Below are positions 48,850 through 60,675 of a stretch of 64,000 nt of DNA, in pieces. The stretch is from the NCBI GenBank assembly GCA_013265495.1, contig MU057640.1, forward strand, positions 2,071,405 through 2,135,404, read 5' to 3'. The notes beneath the pieces were generated by a model that had not been told where the DNA came from, did no database searches, and worked only from the letters and a program-made list of their open reading frames with translations. Within the stretch, counting starts at the first letter, position 1. Every line of letters begins with the position of its first letter. Both the position numbers and the translations under genes were made by a program. The stretch is from Vicugna vicugna. Lineage: Eukaryota.

Positions 48850-51800
48850 AGGTCTAGTCTACAGAAAGCCCATGCTCTTTCCATGACACCAAATTGGGTG
48901 GTGGGAATTGAAAGGGGGGTTATGAAAAAATTGATGTAGCAGGATAAAAAAGTCTTGAAAACGTTCGTTTAGGAAGGTTAATCCTAGAGTGGAGAAAAGA
49001 AAGAAGTGCAGACACATGGTGGAGATGGGAGAAGTACAGAGACTAACGGAGCTAAGGTCCAGGTAAGAGGCAGGGAGGATCTGGAGGGGTGGGCGGTGGG
49101 GCCGATGAAGAGAAGTGTCAGTGGCAAGAACTTGCTGACGGAGAGCATATTGACGATGAGACAAGAGAACTGAAGACAGGCTAGTCAACGCAGATTCCAA
49201 CTCTCCTCCCACTCCTCCCCTGTCATCCCCCTCCTCTTCCCCCTCCATCCCCACCTCCTCCTTGCTCTCCTTCTTCCCCATCTCTCCTTTCCCACCCGTC
49301 CTTTTCCCTCCAGCCCGCGCCCCCATCTGTTCTGCTGCTCTATCTTCTTTCCTACTAACTCCTTTCTCTAAAGATCTGCTGTTGTCCCCTGGCCCCCAGT
49401 TCTAGGCTGGGGCGCTCAGCTTCCACCCCCATCAACTAGGAAATATCTGGGTTTCCTCTGCTCTATCCCCTGTGACAAGACCCAGCCACAGCGACAGACC
49501 CTGATGCTTCCTTTCCATCTTGCTTCCTTCCCCTTTCCTGTTTGTGGGGTGGCTGAAAAACTTTGACAGGCGTCTAGGATTGTTATACAGACAGACCCAT
49601 GGTTCCTGGAAAGATGCTGAGGGAATTTCTGACATGCCAGAGGAGGAAGGAAATCCTCTGTCTCATTTTTGCTGTTTTCTCTGCAGTGTTTTCCAAGGGA
49701 TGCTGGCCTGGCGACAAGGTATCCCAAGGGCCTTGGGGGCAGCCTTCCTCCTTTCCTTGGCGCCGGCTTTGCCTGGCCTGGCAGCCTGCAGCCTGCTTCA
49801 GGGCCAGGAAACTGGCACTGCGGGGCATGGCCCGAGCCCTGCTGGCAGAAGGATTAGTGTTCAGTCTCCATCTCTGCTCCCCTGGTCCTCTCTTCCCCAA
49901 GACCTGGGGAGCCCTGTTGAAAGGTCACTGGTGTTTCTTATGCCTTTGGAAAAACGTGGTTAATAAGAAGGCTACCATGATGGACTGAGTGCTTCCATGC
50001 TTTATGGCTAAAGTCTGCGACTGCCTGGCTGGGCCCTGAATCAGCGATCCAGGGGCCAATGGAGGGGGAACACTGGTTCCCCAGCTCCTCCTCCCACCCT
50101 GCTTCTGGGATATACTGTATCCATCTCACCACTGGTCTCAGCCCGCCCGCCCACCTTCCTCGCCTTGAGGGCCCGTCTGCTCACTTACTCTCTTTCCAGT
50201 TCCTTCCTCCTCTTCTCACTCCCGTCCCTCTCTGTACCATCCCCCATGGGGCCAGATCTTGGGGAACAGAAGAGCAGGTCCCGGTTCCTCTTTGGCTCCA
50301 GGCCCCTCCCTGCTTTCTTTCCCCTCCCTCTTTCAGGTATCTGCCTCCTCATACGCTTCTCCGTCCACCACAGCACCACCATTTTGAGGAAAGAATTGGG
50401 TGCCAGTCCTCCGTACCTTCAGTGGCCTCATGGCTTGATGTTTAGGAAAATTCCTGCAATCTGGAGTTGAATATCTTGGGGTGGGATCCAGGCTCTGTTC
50501 CTCACCTGCAGCTTTGGGTGTGTTAGCAAAGTTTGATGCTCCAGTTTTCTCAGTCCATAAACTGGGGGCAGTGATAGTCTAGCACTCATGGAGTTGTGAT
50601 GCTTGAATGAGTAATGCATGTAAATACAGTGCCTGGCACCTGGGAAGTTTTATAAAAATTGGGTGTTATCTATATGAATATGAATCAATGTGCTATAGCT
50701 CACTAAGAGATCATTTGTGTGTGGGAGAGGCTGCCTCCCAGCCACGGCAAGATGAATCAAGGACCGTGACGGGGTGACCAGGCTATGAGGGTGGCCAGAT
50801 CAGTGTCTCCTGCCATCAGAGTGGCCAGGCCAACCTCGGTGATGCCCAGGGAAGGCTGAGCCAAATCCCCAAATCAGCACAGTTGGCTGGAGACATGGGA
50901 TCCGCAGATGAGAAGAAGAACTGAGGCAGGGAATGGGAAGTGGGTTTCACAGGGCAGAGGTGACATCATTCCAGCACTCACAGAGCATCAGGCCAGCAGT
51001 GGGGAAGGGAGCAGAGACCATGCGCCACTGCAGGAGGGGAGGGGTGGGAGGAGGGGGAGAGATGGCCAATATGGAAAACTCGCACATTTCCCTAGGAACC
51101 TGTGAGGTTGGGCAGGCGGGAGGCACTGCGTGCCGAGGGCCAATGTACCAATAAAGACCATTTTAATTGTTGCAACCCCCCTCCCCTCCATTTCCTGCTC
51201 CCCTTCTCCCTTGTTCAGGTCCTCGATGCCATTCATGGGCTCTCCTCCCCCCACCAAGGGAGACCCCTTAGAAAAGCCCCTGGCAGCAGCCATAACTGAG
51301 GGTGAATATAAGGTCTTCTAAGTTTTCTCTATGGGAGGGATGGAAGGCTCTGACTTTTATTAAAGAAACAATATTTTCACCCAGCAAGAGGGCAGATATT
51401 GGAGGGCCAGGCTCCTTCCTGACGCTCCCTGGCTCAGGGGCGGGACTGTCTTCCCAAGTGAGGGGCAGCACGTGGCAGGCAGGGCCCCGGGAATTCAGGG
51501 CTTCGGGGTGCATTCATCCTGGAGCACCGCTCACATCTGGCCTCTGGACTTGCCCCTGGCGCCTGGCCTGGCCAGGGACTCTGTCTCAGGATCCCTTCCT
51601 CCCTGATCTTGGTTCTCTTTTGTGAAGGGCTGGGCTTGGTGGGAGGGGACTGTGGGAAGGAGGAGGAATCAGATTGAAACGCAGGATGGAGAGAGGCTGT
51701 TGCTTGGGGCAGGAGGAGGGAAGTTGCAGCAGAGGGGAAAGCAGGTCTCAAGTGTCCACCTCCCCTCGCCTCCCCTCCTGTCTGCCTTGTAGAGGATGCA

Positions 51801-52534
51801 CCAGGAGCTAGGCAAGGAGCAATGGCCAGCCACCAAATCCTGCTCTCCACTGGTTCTTTAGGAAGAGAAATGACAGAGCCAAAGCTGCCAGAACCAGCTC
51901 TTTAGGATTGTTTTTTTTCTGGCACCTTCATCACCAAGCTGATGGAGGGGTCAGGGATATCTGATGCTGAGAGCAACAGGAAAGCCAGGCACCCACAATC
52001 AGGTGTGTGCCCAGTGGGGTGGCAGTGCCTGCTGCCCTGATATGGTCCCTTGTGGTCATCCTGGGCTCAGGAAGGAACCTTCTCTGGGTCTGTACCTCAG
52101 ACCCCAAAAGAACACAGCACATGGCTGAACAGGGCTGCCACCCCAGTGACTCAGCCGGAAGAGAGTTCCAGGCAATGAATGTGTCCTCTCTTTTGCAGGG
52201 ATCTCGCCTGGGGAATATCTGAGGCCAGAGCGTAGTGGTCGGGTCTGTTGGCTTTTCACACACTGTTCAGCCATGACCCTTCCCTCCTCCCCCATTCGTC
52301 GACATAATTGTTGTGTTTTCCCATCTTAAGAAAAATGCAATGCAAAAGCATCTTTAAGCCAAGTCCTGTAGCCCCAGGGGTGATTTTCAAAATAGTGCCA
52401 GACATGAATCCTTTTACAGCCAGAAGTCAGGGAGGTCCACGGCTTCCGGGGAAGGGGCTTTGGGTGGCTTGGGGCAGTGCCAGTTACCACCTGCAAGAAG
52501 AGCACTTTAATGTATTTTGAGGGGCGATAGTCAT

Positions 52535-52840
52535 GCTTTTTGTTCTTTATTGTAAAAAACACATAATATTAAGTTTACGATCTTAACCATTTAAAAAGTA
52601 TAGTTCAGCAGTGTTAAGTATATTTATATTGTGCAGCAGATCTCTAGGTCATTTTCATCTTGTGAAACTGAAACTCTATACCCACTAAACACAAATTCTC
52701 CCTCTTCCCCAGCCCCCGCCCTTGGCAGCCACCTTGTTACTTCTCTACATATTTGATTTTGACGACGTTCGATACTTTGTAAGAGTGGATCTGGACAGTA
52801 TTTGTCCTTTTATGACTTAGCATGATGTCCTCAAGTTTCA
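52535..52840 (-). mobile_element. L1 (L1MA-like) 3' fragment
   Basis: 'catcttgtgaaactgaaactctatacccactaaacac...cccttggcagccacc'. Confidence 0.75.
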
Positions 52841-53181
52841 AAGTACATGAATATTTTAATACCCTGTGTTTACGCATGTGTGTTGGCTGAATGTCAGCCC
52901 TGCCCAGCCCCCACTAAACTTAAGCCTTGTTGTGCAGGAGTTCTGAAAACTACTCTTGCCTGTATATTAAAGAAATCACATTCATCATCCCTAAATCCTT
53001 ACTGTAGTTCCTTTCCCAGTGCAAGTTCCAGGAGATTCTTGGAGTGTGAGAATCTTGCTGCTTTGGCCAGATTTTTGGTCAAGACCTCATTTATTGAACA
53101 CCGGTGTGTTTTCTGTTTTCTTTCTAGCTGATTCCCAGCTATTTCCTTTCATACATCCCATAGTATCTAAATGGAACTTCT

Positions 53182-53353
53182 CGTGGGGAGGGTATAGCTA
53201 AAGTGGTAGAGCGCATGCTTAGCATGCATGAGGTCCTAGGTTCAATCCCCAGCACCTCCTCTAAAAATAAATAAACCTAATAACCTACCCCCCACCTCAA
53301 TAAAATAATTCAGTAACACAATAATACATAAATTAATTAATTTAAAATAATAA
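53182..53353 (+). mobile_element. Full-length tRNA-derived SINE (vic-1-like) with 14-bp TSD
   Basis: TAAATGGAACTTCT at 53168-53181 and 53354-53367; tRNA head plus AT-rich tail. Confidence 0.92.
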
Positions 53354-54114
53354 TAAATGGAACTTCTTGCTATTTTTTTTTTCCAAACACATCCTAAACT
53401 TCCCTATCTTCTTGCCTTTGCTCGAGCAACTTCCTCTCCGTGGGGACCATTTTCGCTTTTGTCCTTGAGTCTGACTTATACCCAACTGCTAAGGCCTCCT
53501 CAAACGACACCTTCTCCACAAAACTCTCCAACTACACCCCTGTTCGGAAAGGATCTCTTTCCTCTGACCTTGACACACTTCCTCCTAGAACTTTACTGTG
53601 GCCCTGATAATTGCACCGTCATCTCATCACTTGGCATTGTTTGTTGAGAATCTATTGTGTGTCATGAAAATATTCGGTGCTTTACAGTCTCATTTGCTTG
53701 TTTAGCTTGTTGGGCAGTTATTTACGCGTGTCTTCTTCCTTTCTAGCTTATAATCATAAAGCAAATGAGATTTTGACATCAAACTTAGGCTTGGACCCTG
53801 GTTCCGCTGTTGGGTAGGACTTTGGGCAAGTTAGTTAGTGTCTCCAACCTTCAGTTTTCTTGCTGGGAAAGCCCAGAGAACAGTGCTTCGTGTCAGGTAG
53901 TTGCACTGCGTGAGGTAATAATAATAGCCAGTATTTGCAGAATGCTCAGTCTGTGCTCGGCTGTGCACCAGGCACCTGTTCTGTATTATCTTATTTACTA
54001 ATTTAAATCCTTTATTACAACCCTATTTAGTGAGTTTGCAGAAGGAGAATCTAAGGTAAGGTTTAAGCCAGAAAGTAGATGAGCCAGAATAAAAACTTTG
54101 ACTATAGAATCCTT

Positions 54115-54270
54115 CCTCTTTATTTAAAAAGTTTTAAAATTGTAGTACAGTTGATTTATATTGTGTTAGTTTCAGATGTATAGCAAAGTGATTCAGTTAC
54201 ATATATATATGTGTTATATATTATATGTTCTTTTTCAGACTCTTTTCCATAAGAGGCTATTACAGGACTG
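54115..54270 (-). mobile_element. Short L1 3' end inside a MIR
   Basis: 'tgtagtacagttgatttatattgtgttagtttcagatgtatagcaaagtgattcag'; GAATCCTT on both flanks. Confidence 0.75.
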
Positions 54271-55462
54271 GAATCCTTAGTCTCAGTCATTGCCAACGAC
54301 TGCCTCTCTTGGTGGAGAACGTTCAGTGCCGGCTGGGTACATCTCTGTGTACTGCTTAACCCAGCACCGGCAGGTGGCCCCTCTTCTTCTCATTCCCATT
54401 CTTACTACGGAGGGCTGGGGTCTCTCCTGGGCAACTCTATGTCCCCACAGCACCTCATAGTAGTAGTAACTAGGATTTGTTCAACATTTTCCATGAATAT
54501 GCATTGACCAGACATTGTGGGACACCTCTAGCCCTAGCAGAGTTAACAAATGAGTGACCGAATAAACCGATGAATGAAAAGAGAGGACAAAAACTCTTGG
54601 ACAACAGGCAAAGCCTGTCTGAAGAGAGGGGTCATCCCTGCTGGGTTGTGGGCCAGGCAAGAAGACACGACAGCTGAGGAGAGGCCTCCCAGGGATCTGA
54701 CTTGTGCACAATATTCATCAGTGTTTTCATTAATGACGCAAAAGATGGAGTCACTAATCCAATTGGAAAAGCCTGGGAGGTGGGATAGACGCTGAGCACT
54801 TAGGAGGCAAGCTCGAGCTTGCAGACAGTACTTGACAAATTAGAGAAATAAACAGACTCAATAAACAGAGCTCCAGGAGCTGCAGACTTCAAGTGGCTCC
54901 GAGGGAGCAGCTGCCTCTAATGGATCTGCCCAGAGAAGCCTTTGGCCCACTTTTCTTTGAGCTTCACCTGGCTTGCTTGCGTATTTGGGGCAAGTGTGAA
55001 TGTAGTTCTCTTCACGAGGGATTTGGGCCTGGAGGCTTCATGGACAAAGGCTCCGCTGCAAACACCAAGCTGTCCCCATACTCCTTCCTGGCCTCTCCCC
55101 TCCTCGCTCTAGCTGTCTGCTTAGCTGGGTCTCATGGAGGGAAGGAGGTGGTTCCACCTGCTCCCCCAAAGACTTGGCAAAAACATCAATTACCCCATGA
55201 TGCCTCCTCCCTACCCACCAAAGCGGTGCTGCCCTTTTCCACCTCCTGTACATCCTCATCATTAACTAATTTCCTTTGCCCTTTGAGGCTTCCCTGGAGG
55301 TTACTGTGACCTCCATTTCCCTTGGGAAAATGTAATGGGTGTGAAAGGAGGGACAAGGAGACAGTGCAACCTGGTAGGGACTGCCCCACAGATGCCCTGC
55401 CAGCCTCTGGGAAGAGGGCAAAGCCTGAGTGGTTTGGCAGTTACAGAAATGTGTGGGCTTTG

Positions 55463-56019
55463 CAAGACATGGAAGAACCCTAAATGTCCATTGACAAATG
55501 ACTAGATAAAGAAGATGTGGTCTAGAATATGCAATGGAATACTACTCAGCTATAAAAAAGAATGAAATAATGCCATTTGCAGCAACATGGATGGATCTAG
55601 AGATTATTATACTAAGTGAAGTAAATCAGACAGAGAAATACAAATTTCATATGATATCACTTATATGTGGAATCTTAAAAAATGATACAAATGAGCTTAT
55701 GAACAATCTGGAAATAGCCTCACAGACATAGAAAACAAACTATGGTTACCAAAGTGGTAAGGGGTTGAGGGGGTGGGAAAAATTAGGAGTTTGGGGTTAG
55801 CAGCAGATACAAGCTACTATATATAAAATAAACAACAAGAATCTACTGTGTAGCACAGGAATCTATATTCAGTATCTTGTAATAACCTATAATGGAAAAG
55901 AATCTGAAAAAGAATATATATATGTACGTATTTATAACTGAATCCCTTTGCTGTACACCTGAAACTAACACAACAGTGTATGATCAACTATTCAATTAAA
56001 AAAAGGAAAAAAAAAAAAA
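55463..56019 (+). mobile_element. L1 3' end (ORF2 C-terminus, 3'UTR, polyA) with 18-bp TSD
   Basis: [51 protein letters not shown] at 55445-55462 and 56020-56037. Confidence 0.93.
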
Positions 56020-56999
56020 AGAAATGTGTGGGCTTTGGAGCTCCTGCTTCATCCTTCTGGGGCTACGTGGCATTGGGCACATTACTTAGCTTCTCTGAGT
56101 CAAGCCCCTTTAGTTACAAATAATTGAAAGCCACTCAGTTTATCTTAATCAAGATGGAGTACTTAATTGGAAGACTAAGAGAGATTCTCAGAAAAGCTGG
56201 GAGCCATTGGAAGAGCCTCTGTGGACCGTGGCATGGCCTCTTCCTTCCTCTTCCTTCTTCTCCAGAGTTGCGAAGTTCTCTGCTCCTATGTTGCCCAACA
56301 CATCTGATTCTTTCTTCTTCCTCGACTGGCCTCCGTGGTACACATGACCACACACTGATGTTCCAGTCCCACCTTCATGAAGGGCTGTACAGTGAGGACA
56401 AATGTCTCTATGTCCAAATCTACATTTCTGGGGAAAAGAAACTGACTCTGCCCTTCTGGGATCGAGTTTCCATCTCAGCCTGAAGAACGGGTTCATGCTG
56501 GGTACCAACATGCCAGCAAGGACCCACCTGTGTGGGTAGGTGGCAGGTTCTCAGAGAAGAGAAAAAAAGTGAAAATCACCCAGTTGGGTGTTCAGTGCCG
56601 TCCCTAAGCTTTGGTGTTCTCATGTGGAAGCGGGAATGATGTTACTGACCTTGAGGTATTAAGAGAAATACTGTTTGTAAAGTGCTTATCGTTGTGGCTG
56701 ATACACAGTCCATGCTGCCTCTTGGGGAACAGTCGCTCCTGTTCAAGATGAGGTTCACTGGACTTAGTGGGTGGATCTCTGAGGTGGGATGGACCTGGGT
56801 AGCAAAGGAAGCTCAGAGGGACAGGCTGAAGGGATGGGGTAAGAGGAATGTGACTTTATCCATCACCTGTTGGGGGAGACAGAGTTGTAAACAGAGGGGC
56901 ATGGGGATGCTCAAATGTTGTTATTTCAGGAGAACTGACTCCTAATTCCCAGCTGGAGGGCAGAGCAGTGCCACCATGTTATGGACACTCAAACCATCC

Positions 57000-57765
57000 T
57001 TTCCTTCATTCTTTCTTTTAACCAAAGTCCATTGTATACCTACTGTGCTGGGTACTGTTCTGGTTGCTGGAGATACAGCAGTGAACCTTCATGGTGTTTG
57101 TCCTCTAGTGGGAGAGGAAGACAATAAATATAATAAATAAAATATGTGATATGTCACTGGCAGGTGCAAAGGAGAAGAAATAAAATGAGAAAGAGATATG
57201 CAATGTCAGCTGGGTGGGATGAATGTTTACATTTTCAGTGGGGGTAGTCAGGGAGGGCCTCACTAAGAAGGTGTTTTTTAATTAAAGACCTTGAAAGAAG
57301 TGATAGAGCTAGTCATGTTATCATAAGTCAGGGCAGGGAAGGGGCAGAAGAGAATTCCAGATAGAGGAAACAGCCAGTGCAAAGGCCCTGAGGTGGGCAC
57401 CATGAGGGAATCACAGGGGGGCCAGTGTCGTTGGAGCAGGTGGAGGGCGCTAGGTGATAAAGTCAGAGGCTATAGGTCCAGATCATGTCAGATCCTGTTG
57501 CTCATAGTAAGTAGTTCACAGTTCAGCTTTTACTCTGAGAGAGAGAGAAGCCACTGGAAGGTTTTGAGTGAGGAGTTACATGATTGGAATCAAGTTTTAA
57601 CAGACTCACTTTGGACTAGACTATGAGAGTCAAGGCCAGGAGGAGTGGGTCTAGTTAGAGAGTGTTGCTCAGGGAGCTAGCTTTTAGCTCTCAGACCAGA
57701 GTGGAGGAGAAATGGAAAGAGGTGGTCAGATTCTGGGTATATTTTGAAAGTAAAACTGACAGACT
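57000..57765 (-). mobile_element. L2 LINE
   Basis: 'gtactgttctggttgctggagatacagcagtgaac', 'cagccagtgcaaaggccctgaggtggg', 'gtggtcagattctgggtatattttgaa'. Confidence 0.8.
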
Positions 57766-57984
57766 TTGCCCTGCTCAACTACTGCTGTGTTCTGCTAGCA
57801 GTGACATAAATTCCACTTCCCACCCCTCAAATGTAACTCAGCACATGGTCCTCCCCGCCCGCCAATCCTTCCCACACATGCATGCATGCATGCATGTCCC
57901 TGCCCAACATGTTCCCTTGCCACGGAGACCTAAGGCGTAGAGGACTGCTAAGACGTCTAAGGTCACAGCCGTGGCTCCTAGGGT

Positions 57985-58072
57985 CGGGAGTACCATTCCG
58001 CAGTACCTCTGTTAAAAAATAAATTAATGAGTAAATAAAACCTAACTCCCTCCCCCGCCAAGACAAACAAAA
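57985..58072 (+). mobile_element. 5'-truncated vic-1-like SINE
   Basis: 'cagtacctctgttaaaaaataaattaat...aacctaactccctccccc' matches the 3' half of the 46256 and 53182 copies. Confidence 0.6.
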
Positions 58073-59203
58073 GTACCAAACTCAGCCTCCAAAGGAAATG
58101 GGATTTGAGTCCCAGCCCCGTCATCTTGGGCCTCAGTTTCTTTATAAAGGGTTCAATTAGATAGGCTCCTTTTGAGCTCTGAAGGCCTGTGAAGTTTATG
58201 TAATAAAAGCATTTTGTTATCTGAGCTACTTACTTCTCTGCCTTTGGCTTCTTCAGAGTCCTCATTCTTTTAAGATTAGCCTCCCACCCATCAGGAGAGC
58301 TAGGTGGATGACATTTTGCTTGATGACAGAGAGGGTGCCTTCAAGCTAGACTACCAGGCTAAGGCTTGGAAAGCTCATCGCCCTCCTATCCACAAGCCTC
58401 ACTTGGCAGTTGGAGCGGAAGATGCTCATCTTTGAGGCAAGAAGGCGTGAGTCAGCAGGAAGGAGGGGCGGGGGAAGGTGACGCCTATGGAGTTTAGTTT
58501 CCTTGTTCCCAGTTGTCTTTATTCTCAGGTTTCTTGTGAGCTATCTTTCAGAAAGCAAAGGAACCTTCTCCATCAGCCCGAGGGCTGATGACAAGGCATG
58601 GAGTTGTGGAGAAGTGGCCCATCATTTCTTGGGTGTCACCAGGTCACCCTTCCCTCACTAGTTCTGTTTGGGGTCATCAGTCTGGTAGGAAGGACTGTAG
58701 AGAAAAAATTTGAGCTCCCCTAGCTTTGGACAGGAGGACACTCTGTTTCCTGGTGACACAGCCTGCCAGCTGTCTTGAAGCCAGCTTGGGAGCTATTCCT
58801 TCAAGCCAATGATGTGAAAGCCCAAATTCTCCCTCAGATCTTCCTTAACTGGTCACCATCACCCTTAAGTCTATGTTTCCTAAATGACCCTTAAATGAAT
58901 GACACGTTTGCTGGTTATTCTGTATGGGGTTATCGGAGGAGTAGTCATATATACAAGCCCCTAGATTAACACCAAATCTTCGCTCACATCCTGCCCAAGG
59001 ACAGCCAGGTAGTCTGGGGCCTCAACGAGCTCCATCATCACCCCAGATCAGCAGGAAGTAGAGCGGTTGCTCAATGTCCCCAAGATTTGGGGTCTGATGA
59101 CTAGAAGGGAGAATCTCAGGTAGCTTAGATAGAAATGAACATTGGGCAAAGGGAGAGAAAGGGGAAAGGAAAAATCCAGAACACAAGAAACCTGAGCTGT
59201 CAA

Positions 59204-59581
59204 CTATTTACAATAGCCAAGAAATGGAAACAGCCTAAATGTCCATCAGCTGATGACTGGATAAAGAAGATGTGGTATATTTATACAATGGAATACTACT
59301 CAGCCATAAAAACCGACAACATAACACCATTTGCAGCAACATGGATGCACCTGGAGAATGTCATTCTAAGTGAAGTGAGCCAGAAAGAGAAAGAAAAATA
59401 CCATATGAGATCACTCATATGTGGAATCTAAAAAAAAAAAAAAAAAAACCAAAAAGAAAGCATACAAAGAGAAAAAAATGTGACAATGAATATATATATG
59501 TTCATGTATAACTGAAAATTTGTGCTCTACACTGGAATTTGGCACAACATTATAAAATGATTATAAATCAATAAAAAAAAA
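59204..59581 (+). mobile_element. Young L1 3' end with 19-bp TSD (1 mismatch)
   Basis: LFTIAKKWKQPKCPS...MEYYSAIK...SLICGI*; AAGAAACCTGAGCT(G/C)TCAA at 59185-59203 and 59582-59600. Confidence 0.93.
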
Positions 59582-59676
59582 AAGAAACCTGAGCTCTCAA
59601 TCACCCAGAGCTAAGGAAAACTGAGTTGTAAATCAAACAATCAATCAGTCAACCAACCAACCAATCAATCAATCAC

Positions 59677-60453
59677 AAGGCCTGGGGGTGGAGGCGCACC
59701 CCATGTCATGTCTCTGAGATGGGGTGCCCCTCCACCCCTAGGCCTGGGGGTGGAGGCCCAGTGCACTTTTGTCATGTGTCTATGTAGCCAGATGCCTCTC
59801 CAACCCCAGGCCTAGGTGTGGCGGCCCCATGCACCCTTATCATGTGTCCATTAGCTGAGATGCCTCTCCACACACATGCCTGGAGGTGAAATTCACCCAT
59901 ATCGTGTGTCTTAAACTGGTGTACATCCATACACAGGTCTGGGAATGGATGTGCCCTCGTGTCACATGTCTGTTATACAAGGGTATACCATTACACAGGT
60001 CTGTGTATGAATACATATATATATATATACACAATATGTGTAGTTATATATATATAAATATAGAATATAATACATATACATATGTAATATGTATATAATA
60101 CATATACATATGTAATATTTATATAATACATGTGTATATCCATACACGTCAGTGTATGAATATATATAGTATATTTATTACATATACTTGTGTCTGTGTA
60201 TGGACATGTATATATAATATGTATATTAAATATGTGTATATATTCACATATAATATATACATATATAGTGGTGTATATCCATACACATGTCATTGTATGG
60301 ATATATATAACATATATATTATATATACACATATCTGTACATGATTTGTATATATTTAATATGTATATCATATAATATATGTGTATATATACATTTAATC
60401 TACATAGATATATAATATGTATATTATATATTTGTATTTCCATACACATGTCA

Positions 60454-60494
<41 letters not shown>

Positions 60495-60675
60495 ATATTA
60501 CATATTATATATACACATGTCTCTGTATGGTTATGTATGTATATAATATGTACATCATATACTATATGCATATATATAGTATAAAATATATGCACATATA
60601 ATACATACATATATAATATGATATATATCCATATAAAATATGGATATTGTATTGGTGTACATCCACCCAGGTCTG
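59677..60675. repeat. Palindromic ~60-68 bp minisatellite grading into TA/GT-rich microsatellite
   Basis: Unit centres (AGGCCT/ATGCCT/AGGTCT) at 59678, 59740, 59808, 59876, 59935, 59997; derived centres near 60148, 60290, 60450, 60636, 60669. Confidence 0.85.

Noticed and set aside
49000..49330. Purine-rich then pyrimidine-rich tract and 155-aa minus ORF
   Set aside because: Low complexity; no true inverted-repeat complementarity or coding signature seen
32000..58000. A second protein-coding gene among the many short ORFs
   Set aside because: No recognisable domains or phase-consistent exon chain; a lncRNA cannot be excluded from sequence alone
59677..60010. CRISPR-like array (palindromic repeats with spacers)
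   Set aside because: Mammalian context, no cas genes, repeats diverge progressively and the 'spacers' are homologous to each other, so it is a minisatellite
59840..60610. Tyr/Ile-rich ORFs
   Set aside because: Translation artefacts of TA-rich low-complexity repeat
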